Assembly: GCA_032128375.1 (NCBI GenBank)
Contig: JAQBGU010000039.1
Location: 1 to 32,047, forward strand
Source of the DNA: Deltaproteobacteria bacterium
GTDB taxonomy: Bacteria; Myxococcota_A; UBA9160; SMWR01
Direction: 5' to 3'
Length of the DNA: 32,047 nucleotides
Under the pieces are notes generated by a model. That model was not told the origin of the DNA, searched no databases, and saw only the letters and a list, made by a program, of their open reading frames with translations. Positions 17,635 through 25,149 of this stretch are shown here, one piece after another. A program made the position numbers and the translations under genes. Positions within the stretch are counted from its first letter, which is position 1; every line of letters begins with the position of its first letter.

Positions 17635-18803
17635 GCACCACGTTTCGCGGTGCCGCCTAATCTCTCAGCCCGTTCGGCTGCCGCTCGCAAGGTGCGGATG
17701 ATGTTCTGGACCCCCGGCTCGTTCTTGCCGATCAGAAGGTAGTCCCGGGCGGAGTGCGCGATTCCGTCGCCCGCACGCTCGAGTGCGGCAACGTCCTCGC
17801 CCGTGAACACAGCGCTGAGAATCTCCCAGATCCCCATGTAGGCTTTGCGCTCGGCCTCTGTGAGCGACGTGCGTCGAGCCAGCGAAGTGTGTCGCATGAT
17901 GCACGAGCCGGGGTCGACGCTGGGTTGGAACTGAATGAGATCGATCGTTGGGCTCGAGTGGATCACCACGAGGTTCGGATAGATCCAGTAGGCAACCACG
18001 ATGTGCGCATCGTTGTGAACCTGCTTCGCAGCTTGCTCGGACAAATCGTGGAGACTGCTCATCCCCGAGACCAGGCGATGGTGGCGGCCAAAGAGATCGA
18101 ACGCAGCCGAGTCGTCTACGTGCGAGCCCTCTACCAGCTTGTGGATGTAGGGAACGTGGTAGAAGTCGGCGAAGTTTTCGAGGCCCGCCTTCCAGTTGAT
18201 GCCGATCTCGACGTCGCGATGATCGAAGTAGGTGCAACGAGCGTAGTCCCACTGCGCCAGTTCGAGTGCGAGGACCTCCAGGTGTTCATCGAGATCGATC
18301 GTCCCTTCCGGATCGACTACGCACCAGATCAAACCATGCCGCTCTTCCGAAGGCAGCTCGATCAACCCATGATCATCCGCTGGAAGATCGTCGAAACCCT
18401 CTGCGCGAGGCCGTCCCGTAAGCTTCCCGTCGCAGCCGTAGGTCCAATTGTGGTAGGGGCATACGAAGCTGCACCGGTTGCCGCTGCCGTCGGCGATGCG
18501 TGCGCCTCGATGGCTGCAGTAATTCATGAGCACATGCGGTCGCCCATCGCGGTCGCGAGTTACCAGGACGGACCTGCCCAGTAGATTGCGAACGTGATAG
18601 TCACCCGGGCGGGCAACCTGGGCACTCGGCGCGGCGACGATGGGCGTGGATCGCAGGAACTCGTTGCGTTCCCAATCCGATAGCGAGCGATCGCGATAGT
18701 AAGCGATCGGAACCTTCATCGATGATGAGGCCATCTCGGTGGCCTTCTCATTCGCCAAGGCGTGTATCCGAACCGTCAGGTCTCGAGTCGTCTGTTCGTT
18801 CAC
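17610..18803 (-). CDS. Rieske non-heme iron aromatic ring-hydroxylating oxygenase alpha subunit
   Basis: Rieske motif CSHRG...CPYHNW; mononuclear Fe ligands ENFADFYHVPYIH and EDVAALE; GAGGGAAGGAG RBS before the GTG. Confidence 0.92.
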   Translation of the reverse strand: MNEQTTRDLTVRIHALANEKATEMASSSMKVPIAYYRDRSLSDWERNEFLRSTPIVAAPSAQVARPGDYHVRNLLGRSVLVTRDRDGRPHVLMNYCSHRGARIADGSGNRCSFVCPYHNWTYGCDGKLTGRPRAEGFDDLPADDHGLIELPSEERHGLIWCVVDPEGTIDLDEHLEVLALELAQWDYARCTYFDHRDVEIGINWKAGLENFADFYHVPYIHKLVEGSHVDDSAAFDLFGRHHRLVSGMSSLHDLSEQAAKQVHNDAHIVVAYWIYPNLVVIHSSPTIDLIQFQPSVDPGSCIMRHTSLARRTSLTEAERKAYMGIWEILSAVFTGEDVAALERAGDGIAHSARDYLLIGKNEPGVQNIIRTLRAAAERAERLGGTAKRGAQMSRAGR

Positions 18804-18819
18804 GGGCTGTCTCCTTCCC

Positions 18820-19476
18820 TCACATCTCCTCGGCCACCGCGAGGCCGAGGCCGGGGACGAGGTGGCGGTAAAGAAAGGCGCGAAGTTCTTCGGGACCGCG
18901 CTCCGGCGATGGACTGATGATCAGAGACAGATAGATGCGTAGGACCAACTCCAGCCCCGCATTCGCATCGGTTTCGTTCCACCCGGCTGCCTCGACCGCC
19001 GGAGCCAGGGTCTCCCGAACCCATGCGATTCCCGACGGCCCGGTGAACCGCGTGGCAAAGAAACCGTCGAGCGGGGACGAGTCCCAAATCGCGAGCAGGA
19101 CCGGATCGCTGCGGACCTCGGCCAGACCGAGCACCAGGGCTTCGACGATCATGTCGGCGGGATCAGCAAGCACACGGATGTGCCTGCCGATGCTGGCGCG
19201 AACGCGGTCGGCGGCGGCGAGCATCGCTCCGCCCGCGATTTCGTCGCGACCGGCGAAATACCGGTAGATCGTCTGGCGGCTCACGCCCGCCTCGGCGGCA
19301 ATCGCTGCAACGGTCGTCGCGGCGAGGCCTTCACGCGCGATGCACCGAGAAGCTGCCTCGACGAGCCGCCGTTTGGCCGCGGCGGTGTGGGGCGGGTTCC
19401 CGTCCCACGCCGGACGGCTGGGACTCTTCGCACCAGGCGCCGACCGATCAGTCGTCTGATTGTCTTGGATTGACAT
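18820..19476 (-). CDS. TetR/AcrR family transcriptional regulator
   Basis: RLVEAASRCIAREGLAATTVAAIAAEAGVSRQTIYRYF HTH. Confidence 0.92.
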   Translation of the reverse strand: MSIQDNQTTDRSAPGAKSPSRPAWDGNPPHTAAAKRRLVEAASRCIAREGLAATTVAAIAAEAGVSRQTIYRYFAGRDEIAGGAMLAAADRVRASIGRHIRVLADPADMIVEALVLGLAEVRSDPVLLAIWDSSPLDGFFATRFTGPSGIAWVRETLAPAVEAAGWNETDANAGLELVLRIYLSLIISPSPERGPEELRAFLYRHLVPGLGLAVAEEM

Positions 19477-19530
19477 ATGTTGACATCATGTAACATTTTC
19501 GATACATCAATGCAATGACTGTAAAATCGA
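19470..19530. promoter_or_regulatory. AT-rich putative TetR promoter/operator with ~10-bp phased ACAT repeats
   Basis: TGACAT (19471), TGACAT (19481), TAACAT (19491), ATACAT (19502); imperfect palindrome ATGTTGACATCATGTAACAT; overlaps the TetR start codon. Confidence 0.55.
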
Positions 19531-19641
19531 GGACGCGCCCAGCGCAGGGCATGGCAGGGCGAACCTCACCCTCACGGAGCCATGCTCGTCCAGGGCGGTC
19601 AGGACCCTCTACCGGCAGGCGGGCAACACCTGTGCGGGCGG

Positions 19642-19716
19642 CAGATCTACAGGGATGACGAGGTCTGCAACTTTTTCATGTACGCGCTGCTTCGCGAAGA
19701 TCGTCCTGCCGAATGG
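19642..19716 (+). pseudogene. Possible C-terminal scrap of a RimJ/RimL-type GNAT
   Basis: QIYRDDEVCNFFMYALLREDRPAEW resembles the (Y/F)xLLRE(D/E)W end of RimJ/RimL acetyltransferases; very short. Confidence 0.3.
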
Positions 19717-19768
19717 CGTTTTGGGCTTTGCATGTCATTTTCGAAGCACGCGGCGGCGTCCGACTCTT

Positions 19769-20359
19769 TCACGTTGCCGGGGGCGCCTTGTACGGCTCAT
19801 ACCTGTAGTACTTGGGGTACGCGTCCAAGCGCAGGTGGAGCCACGACACGCCCAGCCCCGCGGTGCTGAGCCACGTTGGCCGGGGGTTCAATGTCTCGCG
19901 CAGAGCCTTCCCGGTGGCATTCCACAGAGCTGCGACTTGGCTGTTAGGTGCGTTTCGGACGAAGGTGGCGAGATGCGGGTAGGCGCCGATGGCTGCAATG
20001 GGTCGGGGAACGACCAGCACCGCATCGCCGAGAAGGTTCGGAAACGTAATCACGTCCGATTCGAGCTGGCCTGCGAAGTGCTGCTCGAACGGTCCAGAGT
20101 CTGGCTCCATTTTGGCGAGCGAAGCCGATTCGATGAGCACGAACTCTGCGTCGCCGTCGAAGCGTTCGCTCGTGAGCGGTGGATGTTCCCAGAAGAACGC
20201 CGCGAACGGGGACGCCGCAAGCGTGTCGGAGTACCACTGGACAAAACCAAGGTTGGTTTCGAGCAGACTGAAGATCTTGCGAAAGGAGAGCGGCGAATCG
20301 TCTTCGAAGAGTTCGTAGCGGACTCCTGAAAGAATCAGCTGTTTGCGCGCTTCCCACAT
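19769..20359 (-). CDS. DUF6940-like hypothetical protein
   Basis: FFWEHPP, FPNLLGDAVLVVP, YPHLATFVRNAP, WLSTAGLGVSWLHLRLDAYPKYY; ATG lies 9 nt downstream of GTTGGGC on the - strand. Confidence 0.8.
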   Translation of the reverse strand: MWEARKQLILSGVRYELFEDDSPLSFRKIFSLLETNLGFVQWYSDTLAASPFAAFFWEHPPLTSERFDGDAEFVLIESASLAKMEPDSGPFEQHFAGQLESDVITFPNLLGDAVLVVPRPIAAIGAYPHLATFVRNAPNSQVAALWNATGKALRETLNPRPTWLSTAGLGVSWLHLRLDAYPKYYRYEPYKAPPAT

Positions 20360-20368
20360 TTCGATTCT

Positions 20369-20470
20369 GCCCAACTGAATCGGCGACGAGCGTCGCTGAA
20401 TCGCGCGGCCGGCGCCCCCGAACCCGAAAAACGTACTCCGTTCTGCGCCTGCCCGCATTTTCGGTTGGGC
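20369..20470. other. attC-like element bounded by perfect inverted core sites GCCCAAC ... GTTGGGC
   Basis: RYYYAAC at 20369-20375 and GTTRRRY at 20464-20470, each 8-9 nt before an outward-facing ATG; internal pairing is weak. Confidence 0.45.
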
Positions 20471-20614
20471 TGCTCTTGATGCCTTCGCTGATCGAGATCC
20501 AGATCGGTGTTGCCCGCACGGGATATGCACGGACGGCTCACGACACCACGAGCCGGATTGCGCCCCGCTGTCGCGAAGCAGTCGAGCTGCTCGCGCCCAT
20601 CGAATTCGAGTATC
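20417..20614 (+). pseudogene. Decayed, internally deleted direct-repeat copy of 30593-30943 (leader plus 5' part of the GNAT gene)
   Basis: Shared blocks CCCGAACCCGAAAA, CGCATTTTCGGTT, TGATGCCTTCGCTGATCGAGATCCAG (26-nt identity), CACGGACGGCTCACG, GCCGGATTGCGCCCCGC, CTCGCGCCCATCGAATTCGAGTATC; ~145 bp is missing in this copy. Confidence 0.9.
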
Positions 20615-20961
20615 TCTCCTAGGTCACCCGAAAGAGCTTGAAAAATTCCGCGGACAAGGCCACGCCACCGTACAAGTGACTGTGGAACGTTCATCGACGT
20701 CCAGATGCAGCCGCGGCAGCCGGGTCACACGGCCTGACGTCTGGTGCCAGGCGAGTTCTTCCTCTGGTATCCCCGTGCCTGTGGTGACTTGCACGTACAG
20801 ACGCAGCAGATTTCTTCACTTGGAAGCGTCGCTTTCTGGAGGATCTGGTGTTATTGAAAAATCCGGATTACACCAGGAAGCGCGCTCCCGTTCCTCGTTT
20901 GATGGGCCTATCACACGACACCTGATGAGCCATCCGCACCTACTCAAGGACTAGTAGCGGC

Positions 20962-21618
20962 CTACACCTCGAAGCGCGGCAGCCGCCGGCGCCCCTTCCA
21001 GCGATAGAGCAGGACTCCCAGGATCATCATCGCGGTTCCCGGCAGCCAGTAGCGGTCGATCCAGGCGAGCACGGCTTCGATCCACGGCCGGATCTGCTCG
21101 GCGAACTGCAGGATGATCACGAGGCGGATCACCATCCCCGTCGTCGCCAGCGCGCCGAACACAGGAAAGGGCATCGCGGAGATTCCGGCCAGGGCGCTCA
21201 CCGTCGGACCATTGAGACCGAGCACCACGCTGCGGGGCGCCCGGCCGAAGAGTCGTTCGAGCCAGCGCACGAAGCGCCCGAACCACGCCGCGCGATCCTC
21301 GATCCACGGGATGCCGTCGTCTCCGAGGGCGCGGCCGAGAAAGAAGCTCGCCACGTAGAAGGAGATCCGCCGCAGGGTCACCACCGCGACGAAGGCAAAC
21401 GGGTTGACGATCGGCGCGACCAGCCAGATGTGGCGGCCGAGGGGAGCGAGGGCCACGAGCAGCAGCGGGGCGTGGTTCACCAGATACAGCGAGAACGCGA
21501 CGCCGAACATCGACAGGCTGCTGAGCAACCCGATGGCCGAGAGGCAACGCCGAACGATCCGCCGTTGGCCGGCATCCAGGACGGGAGTAAAAGCCGCCGG
21601 AGCTGCGTTCTGCACCAC
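20962..21618 (-). CDS. Membrane protein, DedA/VTT (SNARE-associated)-like; start uncertain
   Basis: Multiple TM segments, FYVASFFLGRALG, SALAGISAMPFPVF pattern; GTG starts at 21618/21615. Confidence 0.7.
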   Translation of the reverse strand: MVQNAAPAAFTPVLDAGQRRIVRRCLSAIGLLSSLSMFGVAFSLYLVNHAPLLLVALAPLGRHIWLVAPIVNPFAFVAVVTLRRISFYVASFFLGRALGDDGIPWIEDRAAWFGRFVRWLERLFGRAPRSVVLGLNGPTVSALAGISAMPFPVFGALATTGMVIRLVIILQFAEQIRPWIEAVLAWIDRYWLPGTAMMILGVLLYRWKGRRRLPRFEV

Positions 21619-21670
21619 GCCGAGGATGTTGCCACACCCGTCTGCCACCGGTCGGCGTGCCCGACGTGGT

Positions 21671-21900
21671 TTGATGTACGAGATGTTGACCGGCCGACCG
21701 CCTTTCGTGGGCGACGATGCCGTCGCGGTCATCAGCCAGCATCTGAACACGCGCCCCGTGGCTCCGTCGTGGCACAACCCGGACGGGCGCCCCGATCTCG
21801 AGGCACTGGTCTCCTCGAGCTGCTGGAGAAGACGCCGGAGGCGAGACCGGCGAGTGCGGCCGAGGTCCGCAGGCGGACCCGGACGATCCAGTCGACTCCG
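21671..21900 (+). pseudogene. Frameshifted C-lobe fragment of a Hanks-type Ser/Thr protein kinase
   Basis: MYEMLTGRPPFVGDDAVAVISQHLNTRPVAPSWHNP..DLEALV, then after a frameshift at ~21812 LELLEKTPEARPASAAEVRRR (subdomains IX-XI); the N-lobe is absent. Confidence 0.8.
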
Positions 21901-21967
21901 GCTGCGGTGTCGCCGGGGGAGTCGCGCCCGGTTCCGTCGGCGGGGGGCGGTTCGTGGGCCGGGCATT

Positions 21968-22090
21968 CGAGAGATTGAGAAGCAGGTGGGCGGCGACGGC
22001 GAGATCGCTGTCGATGGTCGTGCGCAGCGTGCTCTCGCTCAGACTCAGCATGCGCGTGTCGGTGGCGGCGTAGCTAGCAGCGCGTAGCTC
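21968..22090 (-). pseudogene. Fragment resembling the C-terminal part of a cyclic-nucleotide-binding domain
   Basis: RAASYAATDTRMLSLSESTLRTTIDSDLAVAAHLLLNLS resembles the RxAxVxAxxDxxLLxL...P.xA.xLL cNMP hinge. Confidence 0.45.
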
Positions 22091-22100
22091 GCGGCGCTCC

Positions 22101-23084
22101 TCACTCGGGTGCCACGAGATGCAGCTCGGCCGGTAGTTCGTCGACCCAGGTGTCGTCCTTCTCGTAGCCGAGCGCGCACAACTCTCGACCCGCGAGGCGC
22201 GCGAAGAGTTCGCCATCGGCGCGGGTGAAGTAGTTGCGCCAGTCCCCGGACACGCCGCGACGAACCTTGGCCGTCGGGCTCGCCGTGCCCGCACTCCGGC
22301 CCCCCGACATCACCTCGAAGCGAGCGCCATCGACACATGCGTTGACGACCGCATCCGATGTGTCCAACGCAAGACGGGAGAAGAAGTCTCGGAGCACCAC
22401 CGCCTGGTCGCCCTTCATCTCCTCATAGCGAATCATCGGAGACGACCGTGCGTGGCGCTCGAAGGCGCGGATCGGCTCGACCCAGTATCGGATCCACCTC
22501 GTCAGGGTCTGTTCGTCGAAGAAGCGCTTGAGTGTCATCTCCGCGCGTCGCTCGACGAACAAAGCGTGGCGGTCGCTCCCCTCTCCGTCCTTGAGGAGCC
22601 AGTCGAAGATCCCGCTCGTCGCCACGTCGCGACCGTCCCGAACGAGTTGCACCGTTGGCGCCTCGGGGAAGTAGCGCTCGATGCCCTCGAGCACCGCCTC
22701 CGAGGTGCCGAGGTAGGGCGTCACCTTGTCGACGATCATGCACTTCCCCGTGAGCTCCGATAACAGCGAGAAGGTCTGGTCGGCCAGACGCTGCACGAGC
22801 TCATGGACCAGCACATCCCGTCTGAGGCCCATGGCTTGCCCATTCTGTACGTCAGCCAGGTAGCCCGCGTAGTAGTCGAGGGTCATGCGCGGCGCGCTAC
22901 CGTGCGGGTCGTTCCACACCTCGAAGAAATCACCGAAGAGCCGGTTCTCGGTGCACAGCACCTCGGGGTGATGGGAGAGCGCGGTGCGCAACCAGGTCGA
23001 CCCCGAGCGCGGTGCGGAGACCACGAACGCGACCTGGTAGGGACGTGGCTCGCGCGTCAGTCGCCTGGCAAGACGTCTCAGCAT
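22101..23084 (-). CDS. PAPS-dependent sulfotransferase
   Basis: 5'-PSB loop SAPRSGSTWL, DKVTP, 3'-PB LVRDGRDVATS, IRYEEM, KVRRGVSGDWRNYF; ATG overlaps the wzt stop. Confidence 0.9.
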   Translation of the reverse strand: MLRRLARRLTREPRPYQVAFVVSAPRSGSTWLRTALSHHPEVLCTENRLFGDFFEVWNDPHGSAPRMTLDYYAGYLADVQNGQAMGLRRDVLVHELVQRLADQTFSLLSELTGKCMIVDKVTPYLGTSEAVLEGIERYFPEAPTVQLVRDGRDVATSGIFDWLLKDGEGSDRHALFVERRAEMTLKRFFDEQTLTRWIRYWVEPIRAFERHARSSPMIRYEEMKGDQAVVLRDFFSRLALDTSDAVVNACVDGARFEVMSGGRSAGTASPTAKVRRGVSGDWRNYFTRADGELFARLAGRELCALGYEKDDTWVDELPAELHLVAPE

Positions 23085-24310
23085 GCGGGATCCTCTATTC
23101 GCTCCCAACGGTGTCGGAAGCGGACGTTCCCGGTGAGCCCGAAGCCGACGCGTCCGAGGTCGGGTCCCTCGATGCGGAAGCGCACCGCGTGCACCACCCG
23201 GTCGAGCACGTCTTCGTCTCTTGCTCCGTAGAGACTCAGGTTGATCGCGTAGGAACCAGCCAGCAGCGGTACGTCTTGCAGGGCCAGCCGAATCGATGCG
23301 CCAGGCGCGTCGAGGTCGAGCGCGAATCTCGTATGAGGGCTGGCCACAGAGCCGAGAACGCCGAGGTCAGGGCTCTCGACCGCCGCGATCAGGCGCGCGT
23401 CCTTCACGTCTTCGTCGGTCGAGAGCTCGATCTCGACGGAGAGCTCCTCACCGGTTTGAAAGCCGTTCCTGGCGTTCCCCTCCGAATCGACGAGGCGCAC
23501 ACACTCGATCCGTGCGCAGCTCTTCGGTCGTTGCTCGTCGGGGCTGTGCTTCTGCAGAATTTCGTGGTAGCGCGTCACCGAATCTCGCAGGTTGCCCTGA
23601 TAGCAGGCCGTGCCCCGGTCGAGCACCAGCCCGCGTTGGGCGACCCGGGCGAGGTCGAGGTGGTTGTGGGAGACGACGAGAATCGACGTGCCAGACTCTC
23701 GCAGCTCCCGCACTCGTTGAAGGCAGCGCATGCGAAAGGCGAGATCCCCCACCGCGAGCACTTCGTCGACGAGCAGCAGATGGGGCTCCGTATGGGCCGC
23801 AACCGCAAAGCCGAGGCGGACGTACATCCCGCTCGAATAGAACTTCACCGGCGAGTCCAGGAAGTCTCCGATCCCCGCAAAGTCGACGATCGAGTCGAAC
23901 TTGCGGTCGATCTCGGCCCGCCCCATGCCCAGGATGGATCCGTTGATGTAGATGTTCTCTCGGCCCGTCAGCAGCGGGTGAAAGCCGGCGCCGATCTCGA
24001 TCAGCGAGCCCACGCGCCCCCGGACCTCTACCCGACCGGTATCGGGAGCGAGAATGCCAGCCAGGATCTTCAGCAAGGTGCTCTTGCCTGCGCCGTTGGC
24101 GCCCAACACGGCCAGGCATTCCCCCGGCGCCAGCTCGAAGTCGATGTCGCGCAACGACCAGTACTCGCCGGGTCGACAGGTCTGCGTGGGAGTGCGCCTG
24201 CCGGCTCGCAGCGAGGCCATCAGATCCCGCAGCCCGTAGGCCATCGAGCGGCGCAGATTTCCGCAGAAGCGCTTACCCAGGCCTTCGACGAGGAGCACCG
24301 GCGGCGTCAT
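23078..24310 (-). CDS. wzt: Polysaccharide ABC transporter ATP-binding protein with C-terminal carbohydrate-binding (Wzt_C) domain
   Basis: Walker A GANGAGKST, GAGFHPLLTGRENI, YSSGMYVRLGFAVA, LLVDEVLAVGD, VSH; ~150-aa beta-rich C-terminal extension; TGATG coupling to wzm. Confidence 0.92.
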   Translation of the reverse strand: MTPPVLLVEGLGKRFCGNLRRSMAYGLRDLMASLRAGRRTPTQTCRPGEYWSLRDIDFELAPGECLAVLGANGAGKSTLLKILAGILAPDTGRVEVRGRVGSLIEIGAGFHPLLTGRENIYINGSILGMGRAEIDRKFDSIVDFAGIGDFLDSPVKFYSSGMYVRLGFAVAAHTEPHLLLVDEVLAVGDLAFRMRCLQRVRELRESGTSILVVSHNHLDLARVAQRGLVLDRGTACYQGNLRDSVTRYHEILQKHSPDEQRPKSCARIECVRLVDSEGNARNGFQTGEELSVEIELSTDEDVKDARLIAAVESPDLGVLGSVASPHTRFALDLDAPGASIRLALQDVPLLAGSYAINLSLYGARDEDVLDRVVHAVRFRIEGPDLGRVGFGLTGNVRFRHRWERIEDPAC

Positions 24311-25149
24311 CAGATTCGCTCGGCAATCAGCGGCTGCGCGGCGCGGAAGAGCCACCAGCCGCCGAAAAAGGCCAGCGGTGAGACGCCACACGCCCATGCG
24401 AAGGACACCGGATGCGAGAGCGTCCCGACCAGCACCACATCGTGGGCAGCGATCAGCAGCGCCGCCACCGGGTTTGCGTCGGTGAGGAGTCCCGCGGCCG
24501 GAAGACTCACGATGGGGACTAGGAAGAAGAAGAGGTTGAGCAGCACGGCGAGGCCGTTGCCAACGTCGCGGACCAGTGCGTTTGCGAGTGCCACCACGAA
24601 GCCGAGACCGGTCACCAGCAACACAAGAGGCAGCCAGACCAGGGGCAATAGCCATGCGGTTGCCGCGGGCACGACGCCGTAGTACGCGAACGTGAAGGCG
24701 ACGAGCAGCGCGCGAACGCCCGCGTCGAAGAGCGCCCCACCGACGGCAGCGAGCACCAACGTCTCTCGCGGAAAGCGCACTTTCGAGACGAGATTGCCTG
24801 CGGTCGTCAAGCTGTGGGCCGCGGCCGTGAGCCCACCCGAGAACACCTGCCAGGTCATCATCCCTAGCAGCACATAGGCCGCATAGGGAATCCCGAACTC
24901 GCCCCCTGCGAGTACGTTTCGACTGCGCAGGTAGCCGAAGACGAGAGCCGTCGCGATAGCGGGCATCAACGCCCATGCGTAGCCAAGGTAGGACTGCCGG
25001 TAGCGTGCCGACACATCACGGACCAGCAGCCGCCACACGAGCTCGCGGCCCTGCCAGAGATCGCGCACCATCACGCGCCAGCCCTCATGGGCGCCGTCTG
25101 CGCTGTATACGCGCAGGCTCGTCCGATCCGCGGCGCCCCCCCAGGCCAT
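24310..25149 (-). CDS. wzm: Polysaccharide ABC transporter permease
   Basis: RELVWRLLVRDVSARYRQSYLGYAWA, LVSKVRFPRE, VRDVG, NPVA motifs; about 6 TM segments. Confidence 0.92.
   Translation of the reverse strand: MAWGGAADRTSLRVYSADGAHEGWRVMVRDLWQGRELVWRLLVRDVSARYRQSYLGYAWALMPAIATALVFGYLRSRNVLAGGEFGIPYAAYVLLGMMTWQVFSGGLTAAAHSLTTAGNLVSKVRFPRETLVLAAVGGALFDAGVRALLVAFTFAYYGVVPAATAWLLPLVWLPLVLLVTGLGFVVALANALVRDVGNGLAVLLNLFFFLVPIVSLPAAGLLTDANPVAALLIAAHDVVLVGTLSHPVSFAWACGVSPLAFFGGWWLFRAAQPLIAERI

Noticed and set aside
24311..24976. 632-aa extended Wzt
   Set aside because: The extension is an alternative frame inside wzm; the real start is the TGATG-coupled ATG at 24310.
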